From the NCBI GenBank assembly GCA_963761335.1, contig CAVXGR010000012.1, forward strand, positions 256,001 through 320,000: 64,000 nucleotides of DNA. The letters are read 5' to 3'. Positions 22,921 through 32,531 of the stretch are shown here, one piece after another. The translations under genes were made by a program, and so were the position numbers. The DNA is from an uncultured delta proteobacterium. Lineage in GTDB: Bacteria; Desulfobacterota; Binatia; HRBIN30; BPIQ01. Numbering within the stretch: the stretch's first letter is position 1; the number at the start of each line of letters is the position of its first letter. Below the pieces are notes generated by a model. The model ran no database searches. It was not told the origin of the DNA and saw nothing but the letters and a program-made list of their open reading frames with translations.

Positions 22921-23751
22921 TCACAAACCCTTCTCCAGCTGGTGCTGCACGAACATGCTGTCGCTCAGGCCGGTGTCGTACTTGACGTCTTGGAACTCGA
23001 CGACGGTGTGCGTCCCCGACTGCACATTGGTCATGGTCAGCCGGAAGGCCGTGGGGATGTTGCCGACGTCGCGGATGTCGGTCGCCTCGAGGACCTTCAG
23101 CAGCTCGCCCTTCTTGTCGAGAAACTCGAAGCGGTGCTGCCGGAACTCCGCGTCGATCCACAGGCGAATGCGCCCGTAGGCGAGGTCCTTCTTATTCGGC
23201 GTGAAGGAGATGACCCGGCACTTGCTGTCGCCGCAGTCGCTCAGGGCGTCGCTCTCCAAGGTCGCCGCCGCGTCCTCGTCGGTCCAGTCGAGGATCTCGG
23301 TGATGATGGCGAGATCGTCGTAGCTGAAGTCGGTGCCCATGAAGCTCTCGCGGTTGCTCGAGCCGCTGATCTGCCGCACGCGCTTGAGCTCGGGGAGGTA
23401 GAGCCACTGCTGGTTCTCGCTGTGGGGATCGACCCACTGGAGGAATCCGGTGCCCTTGACGTCGGGCGGCGACTGGAAGAACAGAATCGAGCGGCTGCGG
23501 TCGCCGTCGTACTTCTTGTAGTAGATCCGCAGCTCGCGCTCGCGGGTGTTGCCGCGGCGGTCGGTGATCTCCAGCTTCAGATCCTGGGTGCGATCTCGCC
23601 ACTTTCGGGTCGTCTGGTTGAGTTTCTTCGCCTGGTCGAGGAAGTCACGGGCGGTCGTACACCACCCGGCGCGGGCCGGCAGAAGCACCGCCGCCGCCAG
23701 CACCAGGGCGGCCCACACTGCCTCTTTCCGGAGGTTCAACCGATCATGCAT
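22921..23751 (-). CDS. Outer-membrane lipoprotein-sorting (LolA-like) protein
   Basis: Signal peptide; F.SPPDVKGTGFL, QWLYLPELKRVRQI, SFMGTDFSYDDL. Confidence 0.85.
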   Translation of the reverse strand: MHDRLNLRKEAVWAALVLAAAVLLPARAGWCTTARDFLDQAKKLNQTTRKWRDRTQDLKLEITDRRGNTRERELRIYYKKYDGDRSRSILFFQSPPDVKGTGFLQWVDPHSENQQWLYLPELKRVRQISGSSNRESFMGTDFSYDDLAIITEILDWTDEDAAATLESDALSDCGDSKCRVISFTPNKKDLAYGRIRLWIDAEFRQHRFEFLDKKGELLKVLEATDIRDVGNIPTAFRLTMTNVQSGTHTVVEFQDVKYDTGLSDSMFVQHQLEKGL

Positions 23752-23915
23752 ATCCGCCGATCTGAGCAGATATCATCGACTAAGGAAACTCGGATGGCGT
23801 TCGGGCAGTGGGGGATTTGAAATAAGACGCGGTCAACTTCGATCCACCACAACCTCCGCGTCGTTGAGTTGAACCCGACTTCCCGAGGTTGCATCTGTGG
23901 TCGGGAGCTCGGAGA

Positions 23916-24125
23916 TCATTCGCCCCGGAGGGGCGCAGGCGTGTAGCCCCGGGTCGGAGACCCGGGGATCCCGAAGTCGACGTCGGTTGGCGCCCCGCCA
24001 GGGGCGCGGGCGCGGTTTTGACACAGGCCTCTGCACCCGGGGTCGCACGCCTGCGCCCCTGGCGGGCGCATCGGGGAAGGCGGACCCGGGAACCGGGCTA
24101 CATGCCTGCGCCGCTTCGCGGCGCG
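23916..24125. repeat. REP family A, copies 4 (+) and 5 (-)
   Basis: cgccccggaggggcgcaggcgtGTAGccccgggtcggagacccgggg ... cgggCTACatgcctgcgccgcttcgcggc. Confidence 0.85.
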
Positions 24126-24336
24126 ATCCCCCGGCCCAAGTTGCGTGGGGGATTTTGATGGGTAAGGGAATTTTGAAACGAAACGCGCTTGATCTCAAGA
24201 TCCAGCACTACTGGCGTTCGGGCCCAGGAAGAGCGGCCGTCTGGTAGCGCCGTCGGCCCGGCCGCTCGTGGCTGTCAAAGCGCAGAGGCGGCCAAGATGG
24301 CCGCGCTCCCGGCGCGCCGAGGCCAACGCGGCCGCC

Positions 24337-25590
24337 CTACATCGTCGCCCGCAGGGCGGCGGCGATGTCGATGCGGCGAACCCGCAGTGCCGGCACCAGG
24401 GCGGCAACCACGGCGACGGCGGCGCTGGCGCCGGCGGTAACGCCGACAGCGACTGCGGAGACCACCGGCACGGGGAAAAGGCCCGCCGGCGGCAGCTTGG
24501 CGAGCGCCACGCATCCCGCCAGACCGAGCCCGACACCCAGCGCCGCGGTGCCCCCCGAGATGATCAGCGACTCGATCACCGTCTGCGCCACCAGGGTGCG
24601 CGTGCGCGCCCCGATGGCGCGCGCCACGGCGATCTCCGCGGTGCGCTCGGCGAGCGTCGCCAGCTGGTAGTTGGCAATGCCCACGGCGCCGATCAGCAGG
24701 GTCACCGTCCCGCACACGCCCATGAAGATCATGATGCCGGAGTAGAACAGAGCCGACATCTTCGACGGCTGCGAGATGTCGAACCAGCGCACCGCGTCCA
24801 GATCGTCCGGATGAAAGCCGGCGCGCGGTCCCAGCACCGCCAGCACCGCGCGCAACGCCTTCTCGGGTTCGACGCCGGGGCGCGGGTAGAGGAGAAAGCG
24901 CCCAACGCTGCGCTCGTCGTAGCCGAGCACCGTCTCGGCGGCGGTGATCGGCACCATCAGCAAACGGTTGTCCGGCCGGTTGTTGTTGAAGTACTGCTTT
25001 CCCTTGCGGTCGGCCACGCCGATCACCCGGAACAGATGGCCGTCGATACGCAGCGCCCTGCCGACGGCCTGGCCGGCGGCGCCGAACAGCATCTCGGCGG
25101 CCTCGTAGCCGAGGATGGCCACAGCTCGTCGCTCGTCCACGTCACTCTCGTCGATGGTGCGGCCGTGGGCGACCGCGAAGCCCCGATACGAGGCGAAGCG
25201 CGCCTCGATGCCTTCGAGATCGAGGCGGCGGACGACGCCGCGCACTTCCACGAGGGCCCGCTGCCGCGACAGGTGCTCGGGAATGAGCGCCTCGACCAGG
25301 TCCGCCGTCGTCTGCTCCGCCGCCTCGCCGTCGGCCCGCGACAGCCGCACACGCACTCCGGAGCGATATCCCGGGAACCCCGAAGAGGTCACCGCGGGGA
25401 TGATGAAGACGCAGGGCTTGCCGAAGGACGACAGCTCCCGGTGCATGTACTCGCGGAAGCCGCTGCCCCAGGCGAGCATCACCACCACGGCCGCCGCCCC
25501 CCAGAAGACGCCCATCGCCGAGGCGATGACGCGGCGGGGATGGTCGCCGAGCGACTCGAGTGCCTGCCGCAGGTGCTCGCGAAAATCCAT
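24337..25590 (-). CDS. MacB/FtsX-type ABC transporter permease (no ATPase domain)
   Basis: TM1 GVFWGAAAVVVMLAWG, periplasmic domain, GAVGIAN...ERTAEIAVARAIGAR and three C-terminal TMs. Confidence 0.9.
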   Translation of the reverse strand: MDFREHLRQALESLGDHPRRVIASAMGVFWGAAAVVVMLAWGSGFREYMHRELSSFGKPCVFIIPAVTSSGFPGYRSGVRVRLSRADGEAAEQTTADLVEALIPEHLSRQRALVEVRGVVRRLDLEGIEARFASYRGFAVAHGRTIDESDVDERRAVAILGYEAAEMLFGAAGQAVGRALRIDGHLFRVIGVADRKGKQYFNNNRPDNRLLMVPITAAETVLGYDERSVGRFLLYPRPGVEPEKALRAVLAVLGPRAGFHPDDLDAVRWFDISQPSKMSALFYSGIMIFMGVCGTVTLLIGAVGIANYQLATLAERTAEIAVARAIGARTRTLVAQTVIESLIISGGTAALGVGLGLAGCVALAKLPPAGLFPVPVVSAVAVGVTAGASAAVAVVAALVPALRVRRIDIAAALRATM

Positions 25591-27235
25591 CAGGTCACAC
25601 GCATCGCGGTACCGGGGTCGACCTTCGAGGCGAGGCGTCCCGGAACCACGCCGGTCGCCAGGCCGATGCCGGTCAGCACCCCGAAAGTGGTGAGCACCAC
25701 GGCCCAGGAGATGCGCGGCGGGGGGATCATCTCCGGGAGCGGCAGATGGGCGACGGCGGCCACCAGACCGAGGCCGAGGAGAACGCCCAGCGTACCTCCG
25801 GCGAGCACGATGACCAGCGTCTCCACCAGGAGCTGCAGCATGACGTCGCCGCGGCGGGCGCCGCAGGCGCGGCGCACGGCGATCTCCATGCGGCGATCGT
25901 TGACGATGGCGATCATCAGGTTGGCCACGCCGACACCCGCCATGGCCAGCGCCACGGTGCCGATGAAGCCCAGAAGCAGCTGCAAGCCGACGCCGATCTT
26001 GCGGAACGGCTCGATGTACTGGGTGACGCTCTGCACCTGCAGCGCGTCGAGGTCGGCCGGGTCGAGGTGATTCCAGCGCGCCAGCACGGCGCGGACCTGG
26101 CGCCCCATTTGCGGAATGTCATCGAGTCGGCGCGGCTGGGCGTACATGATATCGACGCCGTCGCCCTGCCCGAAGATCGGCTTCGCCGAGCGCAGCGGCA
26201 CGAAGACCATGTCGTCGTGCAGCCCCCAGTTCACCACCAGCTGAGGGCCCTGGAAGTGGCTGGCGTCGCCCTCGGCGGTAAGGCGAACCTTGGGGCCGTC
26301 GGCGGAGCGCACGATGGCGGCGTTGGGGATCAGCAGGACCTGGCGGTGCTCGCCGACCAGAACCCGGGCGTCGGCCGACATGCCGACGCGAATGCGCTCG
26401 TCGTTGGGCAAGGCCACCTCGACCTCGAAGCTGGCGACCTTTTGATCGAGGGTTCCGGCGGAGGAGACCTTGCGCACCTTCCCTGCGAAGGTCTCTCCGG
26501 GAAAGGCGTCGATGCTCACGTCCGCCACCTGCCCGACGCGCACCTCGGCAATGTCGTTCTCGTCCACCTGCGCCACCAGGCGCAGGTGGAGATCGTCGGC
26601 GACCACGGCCACCAGGGTGCCACCGTTGGCGGCGCTCATATCGGCCACCGGGCTCCCCAGCTCCGCCTCGCGGCGGATGACGACTCCGTCCATCGGCGCG
26701 CGCAGGACGCCGTGCTCGAGATCGCGCTCCGCCTTCTGCAGGGCCGCCTCGGCCTGCAGCACCGCCGCCTGGCGCGCCTGCTTCTCGGCGCGGGCGTCGT
26801 CGACCGCGATCTCCGCCAGCTGCAGGCGATAGTCGGCGGCGTCGCGGTCGGTCGCCGAGGCCGCGCCGCCGCCGCGGCGCGCAGCTGGGCGACCACGTCG
26901 CCCAGGCGGTCGAGGTCGAGCTCGACCAGCGGCTGGCCGGCGATCACGCGATCCCCTTCCTCCACGTAGAGCTTGCGCACCACACCGGACACCTCGGACT
27001 TGATCTCGACGCGCGACAGGGACTCGACGGTGCCGTTGGCGGCGACCCGCTGCGCCAGGTCGCCGCGCACCACCGTGGCGGGGCGAAAGGCGACCGCCGG
27101 GTCGGCGGCCTCACCGCGCAGATCCCAGGTGAAGCCGCGGTAGACGAGCCAGAAAAAGGCGACCGCCGCCACTGCTGCCGCGCTGTACCATACGACCCTG
27201 CGGGCGCGTCCTCCGGCCATGGCGATCCGATGCAT
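25590..27235 (-). pseudogene. Disrupted MacA-like adaptor fused by deletion to the C-terminal half of a MacB-type permease
   Basis: Adaptor N-terminus (GTVESLSRVEIKSEVSGVV..V.EGD.V) shifts frame near 26862. The second frame has APMDGVV, VDENDI, GMSADA, then switches near 26250 to permease sequence (GVGVANLM...RRMEIAVRRACGAR). Confidence 0.75.
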
Positions 27236-27283
27236 ACGCCGCGGCGGTGCCGGAATGCAACGGACCGGCACCGACGAACGTGG

Positions 27284-27365
27284 AAGATGGGGACCGGCAC
27301 CTTTTCGGCGACGAGCACCGGACCTCCAGCAGAGCGTCCTTGCGCCAAAAAGGAGCCAGTCCCCT
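27284..27365. repeat. Repeat family C inverted pair (GGGGACnGGCnnCTTTT)
   Basis: ggggaccggcaccttttcggcg ... cgccaaaaaggagccagtcccc. Confidence 0.75.
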
Positions 27366-27372
27366 TCACCCC

Positions 27373-27747
27373 TCACCCCCAGGGCGAGAGGAAGGCGTTG
27401 CGGAAGAGCTCGCAATCGAAGCCCCAGCGGCCGCGCCGACGCACGCCGACGACGTCGTAGCGCACCTGACGGCCGTGCAGGCGATGCGTGGTGAGAAAGT
27501 AGGTGGCGACGCGGACGATCTGCCTCTGCTTGCGTCGCGTCACCGCCTCCGCAGGCGCGCCGAAGGACGTGCCGCTGCGCGTCTTCACCTCGACGAAGAC
27601 GATGGTGGCGCCGTCGAGGGCGATCAGATCGACCTCGCCCACGGGACAGCGATAGTTGCGGGCGACGATGGCGTAGTGCCGGCGGCGGAGGAAACGCGCC
27701 GCGGCGCGCTCGCCACGCGCGCCGAGGAGCTGCCGAATCCCTGGCAT
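27373..27747 (-). CDS. yraN: YraN family endonuclease
   Basis: LGARGE, ARNYRC..GEVDLIA, FVEVKTR, EAVT.RKQ, RYDVV. Confidence 0.92.
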   Translation of the reverse strand: MPGIRQLLGARGERAAARFLRRRHYAIVARNYRCPVGEVDLIALDGATIVFVEVKTRSGTSFGAPAEAVTRRKQRQIVRVATYFLTTHRLHGRQVRYDVVGVRRRGRWGFDCELFRNAFLSPWG

Positions 27748-27833
27748 GCGCCCAGCCTACGCCCGCAACGCCCGCCGTCAAGGCGCGATCCTCTCCGTTG
27801 AAGCGGCCGCGGACGCGTGTTAGACGCAGGCCC

Positions 27834-28121
27834 GTGGCACTCGATCTGGAGCAGGTTCGTCGCATCGCCCTGCTGGCTCGCCTGGAGCTGTCGGCGGCGG
27901 AGGAGCAGATGTTCGCCGAGCAGCTGGCGCACATTCTCGAGTACATCGAGAAGCTGCAGGAGCTCGACACCACGGAGGTCCAGCCGACCTCCCACGTGGT
28001 CGACATGGAGACGCCGTTCCGCGACGACCGGGTCATCAACCAGCCGAACACGCAGGAGCTGCTGACCAACGCCCCGCAACGCGACGGCGACTTCTTCAAG
28101 GTACCGAAGATCATCGAATGA
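27834..28121 (+). CDS. gatC: Asp/Glu-tRNA amidotransferase subunit C
   Basis: [10 protein letters not shown]...IL.YIEKL.ELDT..V.PT...[12 protein letters not shown] start. Confidence 0.95.
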   Translation: MALDLEQVRRIALLARLELSAAEEQMFAEQLAHILEYIEKLQELDTTEVQPTSHVVDMETPFRDDRVINQPNTQELLTNAPQRDGDFFKVPKIIE

Positions 28122-29581
28122 GCGAGCTGCAACGCCTGACCATCAGCGAGGCCGCCGAGCGGCTGTCGCGCCGCGCGATCTCCGCCGTCGAGCTGACGCG
28201 CGACGTGCTGGCGCAGATCGAGCGCACCGAGGCGCGCCTCCATTCCTATCTCACCGTCACCGGCGACCTCGCCCTGCGCCAAGCGGAGGAATCGGACGCG
28301 CGCCGGCAGACGGGCAGATCTCTCGGGCCGCTCGACGGCATCCCCGTCGGCATCAAGGACGTCATCCTCACCCGCGGCGTGCGCACCACTGCCGGCTCGA
28401 AGATGCTGGAGAGCTTCGTCGCTCCCTACGACGCCACCGTGTCGGCGAGGCTGCGCCAGGCCGGCGCCGTCTGCGTCGGCAAGCTCAACTGCGATGAGTT
28501 CGCCATGGGATCGTCGACCGAGAACTCCGCCTTTGGGGCCACGCACAATCCCTGGAACCTCGAGCGCGTCCCCGGCGGATCGTCCGGCGGCTCCGCCGCC
28601 GCGGTCGCCGCCGATCAATGCCTCGGCTCTCTGGGCACCGACACGGGCGGCTCGATCCGCCAGCCCGCCGGCTGCTGCGGCGTCGTCGGCATGAAGCCGA
28701 CCTACGGCCGCGTCAGCCGCTACGGCGTCATCGCCTACGCCTCGTCGCTCGATCAGGTCGGTCCGTTCGCCAAGACGGTCGCCGATTGCGGCACCATGCT
28801 CGCCGCCATCGCCGGCCACGATCGCGCCGACTCGACTTCGGTGCAGCGGCCGGTCCCCGATTACGCCGCGGCGCTGCAACAGCCGATCCGCGGCCTGCGC
28901 GTCGGGCTGCCGCGGGAGTACTTCGTCGAGGGCATGCAACCCGAGGTGGCGCAGGCCATCCGCGACGCGGTGAATCAGCTGCAGTCGCTCGGGGCGTCGG
29001 TCGACGAGATCTCCCTGCCACACACCGAGTATGCGGTGGCGGCCTACTACCTGATCGCCACCGCCGAGGCGAGCTCCAACCTGGCGCGCTATGACGGCGT
29101 CCGCTACGGCTTGCGCGCCGATGCCGCCAATCTCCTGGAGATGTACCGGCGCTCGCGCGACGCGGGCTTCGGCAGGGAGGTGAAGCGCCGCATCATGCTC
29201 GGCACCTACGCGCTCTCCGCCGGCTACTACGACGCCTACTACCTGAAGGCGCAGAAGGTGCGCACCCTGATCCGCCGCGACTTCACCGAGACCTTTCGCA
29301 ACCACGACGTGATCGTCACCCCGACGGCGCCGACGACGGCATTCCGCCTGGGCGAGAAGACCGGAGACCCCTTGCAGATGTATCTCACCGACATCCTGAC
29401 CATCTCGGTGAACCTCGCCGGGCTGCCGGGCCTGGTCGTCCCCTGCGGCACCGACCGCGAGGGGATGCCGATCGGAATGCAGATCCTGGCGCGGCCCTTC
29501 GAGGAGGAGACGGCGCTGCGCCTCGGCCACGCCTACGAGCAGGCGAGCGATTGGCATCGCCGCCGGCCGCCGCTCGCTTGA
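28118..29581 (+). CDS. gatA: Asp/Glu-tRNA amidotransferase subunit A
   Basis: Amidase signature [39 protein letters not shown]. Confidence 0.97.
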   Translation: MSELQRLTISEAAERLSRRAISAVELTRDVLAQIERTEARLHSYLTVTGDLALRQAEESDARRQTGRSLGPLDGIPVGIKDVILTRGVRTTAGSKMLESFVAPYDATVSARLRQAGAVCVGKLNCDEFAMGSSTENSAFGATHNPWNLERVPGGSSGGSAAAVAADQCLGSLGTDTGGSIRQPAGCCGVVGMKPTYGRVSRYGVIAYASSLDQVGPFAKTVADCGTMLAAIAGHDRADSTSVQRPVPDYAAALQQPIRGLRVGLPREYFVEGMQPEVAQAIRDAVNQLQSLGASVDEISLPHTEYAVAAYYLIATAEASSNLARYDGVRYGLRADAANLLEMYRRSRDAGFGREVKRRIMLGTYALSAGYYDAYYLKAQKVRTLIRRDFTETFRNHDVIVTPTAPTTAFRLGEKTGDPLQMYLTDILTISVNLAGLPGLVVPCGTDREGMPIGMQILARPFEEETALRLGHAYEQASDWHRRRPPLA

Positions 29582-29587
29582 CCCGCC

Positions 29588-31030
29588 ATGTCCTACGAAG
29601 CCGTCATCGGATTGGAAGTCCACGCCGAGCTGCTCACCGCCTCGAAGATCTTCTGCGGCTGCTCCACCACCTTCGGCGCGCCGCCCAACCAGAACACCTG
29701 CCCGGTGTGCCTGGGATTGCCGGGGGCCTTGCCGGTGCTCAATCGGCGCGTCGTCGAGTACGCCGTCACCTTCGGCCTCGCCACCCACTGCCGAGTCGCC
29801 CGCTCCAGCCGCTGGGCGCGCAAGAACTACTTCTACCCCGACCTGCCGAAGGGGTATCAGATCAGCCAGTACGAGCTGCCCATCTGCCTCGACGGCCACG
29901 TCGACGTCGAGGTGGAGGGGGTTCGCAAGCGCGTTCGCCTCACCCGCGCCCACATGGAGGAGGACACCGGCAAGAACATCCACGACGCCCACAGCGACGC
30001 CAGCCTCGTCGACTTCAACCGCTGCGGCGTCCCGCTGCTGGAGATCGTCAGCGAGCCCGACATTCGCTCCGCCGAGGAAGCCGGAGCCTACCTGCGGAGG
30101 CTGCGCACGATCCTGCAGTACCTGGAGATCTGCGACGGCAACATGGAGGAAGGCAGCTTCCGCTGCGACGCCAACGTCTCCATCCGGCGGCGGGGGCAGG
30201 AGGCCTTCGGCACCAAGATCGAGATCAAGAACATGAACTCCTTCCGCGCCGTCGAGCGCGCCATCGCCCACGAGATCACCCGGCAGGCGGACGTGCTCGA
30301 CACCGGCGGCACCCTGGCGCAGGAGACCCGTCTCTGGGATCCCGAGCGCGAGGTGACGCGCTCGATGCGCTCCAAGGAGTACGCGCACGACTACCGCTAC
30401 TTCCCGGAGCCCGATCTGCTGCCACTGGAGGTCAGCGACGAGTGGGTCGAGCGAGTCCGCCAGCAGATGCCGGAGCTGCCCGAGGCGCGGCGCGAGCGCT
30501 TCGTCCGCGACTACGGCCTGCCCGAGTACGACGCCGAGGTGCTCACCGCCCGCAAGGACATCGCCGACTACTTCGAAGCCGCCGTCGGCCAGCACGGCAA
30601 CGCCAAGGCGATCAGCAACTGGATCATGGGCGACATCCTGCGCGTACTGCGCGAGCGGCGGCTCGACGACGCCCTCGTCATCCGCGAATGGCCGGTGCCG
30701 CCCGAGTCGGTCGCCGGCCTGGTGCGCCTGATCGACGCGGGAACCATCAGCGGCAAGATCGCCAAGACCGTCTTCGACGAGATGCTCGCCGGCGGCGGGC
30801 GCCCGGAGGACATCGTCCGCGAGCGCGGCCTGGTGCAGGTGTCCGACGAGGGCCCCATCCTCGCCGCCATCGATCAGGTGCTGGCGGCCAACCCCGACAA
30901 GGTCGCCGAGTTCCGCGGCGGCAAGGACAAGCTCCTCGGCTTCTTCGTCGGCCAGGTCATGAAGGCGACGCAGGGGAAGGCAAATCCCGGAAAGGTGAAC
31001 GAGCTGCTGCGCTCGCGACTCGCGGGTTGA
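29588..31030 (+). CDS. gatB: Asp/Glu-tRNA amidotransferase subunit B
   Basis: [47 protein letters not shown]. Confidence 0.97.
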   Translation: MSYEAVIGLEVHAELLTASKIFCGCSTTFGAPPNQNTCPVCLGLPGALPVLNRRVVEYAVTFGLATHCRVARSSRWARKNYFYPDLPKGYQISQYELPICLDGHVDVEVEGVRKRVRLTRAHMEEDTGKNIHDAHSDASLVDFNRCGVPLLEIVSEPDIRSAEEAGAYLRRLRTILQYLEICDGNMEEGSFRCDANVSIRRRGQEAFGTKIEIKNMNSFRAVERAIAHEITRQADVLDTGGTLAQETRLWDPEREVTRSMRSKEYAHDYRYFPEPDLLPLEVSDEWVERVRQQMPELPEARRERFVRDYGLPEYDAEVLTARKDIADYFEAAVGQHGNAKAISNWIMGDILRVLRERRLDDALVIREWPVPPESVAGLVRLIDAGTISGKIAKTVFDEMLAGGGRPEDIVRERGLVQVSDEGPILAAIDQVLAANPDKVAEFRGGKDKLLGFFVGQVMKATQGKANPGKVNELLRSRLAG

Positions 31031-31055
31031 CGGGTTCTCGGGTTCACGGGCTCGG

Positions 31056-32486
31056 TCAGAGGCAGCGCCGTCGCGCCAGAGCCTCGAGCGTCTCGGCGTG
31101 CTTGCGTCGCGTGATGCGGTAGCGGGACAGGCAGACGACGGCGAGGAGGTAGAGCGCCATCAGCACGGGTGCCACCACCACGCCGAGCGCGAAGAGCTTG
31201 TGCGCCGGCACGCCGCCCGGAGCGGCGCCGCGCGGGAAGTCGATCACGTCGAGGCCGACGCCGGCGAGCAGGCCTCCGAGGCCAGAGGTCGCCTTGCCGA
31301 CGAAGGCGATGGCGGCGACGAACATCCCCTCCTGGCGCTTGCCGGTGTCGAGCTCGTGCTCGTCGACGATGTCCGCGATCATCGAGGCGACGGTAATGCT
31401 GAGCATGACGACGACGGTGACCATGAACAGCGCATGGACGAACATGATGCCGAGCAACAGCGGCCGGCCATTCTCCGGCATCAGCCCGAGGAAGCGAAGC
31501 AGCACCGGCAGCGGGCCGACGATTACGCCGACGGCGGCCAGGCCGAGCGCCGCCCTTCTCTTCTCGAAGCGGGCAGTGAGCGGCCGCGCCAGGACGAAGG
31601 CGAGGACAACGGCGATCGCCAGAGCATAGACCAGCACGGCGATCTGCGCCGTGGAGAAGCCCCAGAAGTAGGTATTCATGTACAGGCCGATGACGTCGCC
31701 GAAGCCCGCCGCCACAGAGGCGAAGAGAGCGCCGAGGACGAGCGCGCGGTAGGAGTGATTGCCCAGCACGGAGCGCACATCCCTCCGCAGGCGCGCCAAC
31801 GATGCCGGCCCATCCTCGGACGGCGGGCGGAGCGTCGGGATCAAGCGATGCGTGCCCAGGGCGCAGACGAGGATCGCCGCAAAGATCATCGCCGCGCCGG
31901 CGATGGCATAGTGCCCGTACGCCTGCGGGTCGAAGCGACCGTCGCCGAACGCCGGCGATGGAGCAAAGAAGTAGAGGTAGCCCAGCTGCGCCGCCACCAG
32001 GCCGCCCAGCCACCCAAAGAGATAGCGGAAGCTGACCATCGAGGTGCGTTCGTCGTAATCGGTGGTGATCTCGGGGACCATCGAGTCGCTGGGAATGGAG
32101 TAGAAGGTCATGAACAGGCGCACGCCGACGGCGAAGGAAGCCAGCCAGACAAACAGCCCCGAGTGACTGAGCCCCGCCGGCGGATTGAAGAGCAGCGCGA
32201 AGCAGAGCGCCATCGGCAGCGCCGCCGCGTACATGAACGGATGCCGGCGTCCCCAGCGCGAGTGGAAGCCGTCGGAGATCGAGCCGACGAGCGGATCGGT
32301 GATGGCATCGACGCACAGCGCCAGGAAGATCGCCATGCCGGTCAGAGTCCCCGGCACACCGAGCACCTGATTGTAGTAGAAGAGCAGGAAGACGTTGAAA
32401 GAGGCGCTCTTCGTGCCCTCCGCAACCGAGCCGGCGCCGTAGTAGAGCTTGATGGAGAGAGGAACCCGCTGCGACGCCGCACTCAC
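31056..32486 (-). CDS. MFS transporter, GPH (MelB-like) family
   Basis: DAITDPLVGSISD...WGRRHPF, EITTDYDERT, MIADIVDEHE..TGKRQEG; about 12 hydrophobic segments. Confidence 0.9.
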   Translation of the reverse strand: MSAASQRVPLSIKLYYGAGSVAEGTKSASFNVFLLFYYNQVLGVPGTLTGMAIFLALCVDAITDPLVGSISDGFHSRWGRRHPFMYAAALPMALCFALLFNPPAGLSHSGLFVWLASFAVGVRLFMTFYSIPSDSMVPEITTDYDERTSMVSFRYLFGWLGGLVAAQLGYLYFFAPSPAFGDGRFDPQAYGHYAIAGAAMIFAAILVCALGTHRLIPTLRPPSEDGPASLARLRRDVRSVLGNHSYRALVLGALFASVAAGFGDVIGLYMNTYFWGFSTAQIAVLVYALAIAVVLAFVLARPLTARFEKRRAALGLAAVGVIVGPLPVLLRFLGLMPENGRPLLLGIMFVHALFMVTVVVMLSITVASMIADIVDEHELDTGKRQEGMFVAAIAFVGKATSGLGGLLAGVGLDVIDFPRGAAPGGVPAHKLFALGVVVAPVLMALYLLAVVCLSRYRITRRKHAETLEALARRRCL

Positions 32487-32531
32487 GGGTGACTCGATAG
32501 CGCATCGAGCCGACCCGCGTAAGGCGAGCCC

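Noticed and set aside
23760..24240. AT-richer patches flanking REP copies as possible small genes
   Set aside because: No ORF with a credible start, SD or protein-like composition; more likely promoter or spacer DNA.
26636..30595. 1319-aa minus-strand ORF
   Set aside because: Mostly the antisense shadow of gatCAB in high-GC DNA; only about 26862-27235 is real coding sequence (adaptor N-terminus).
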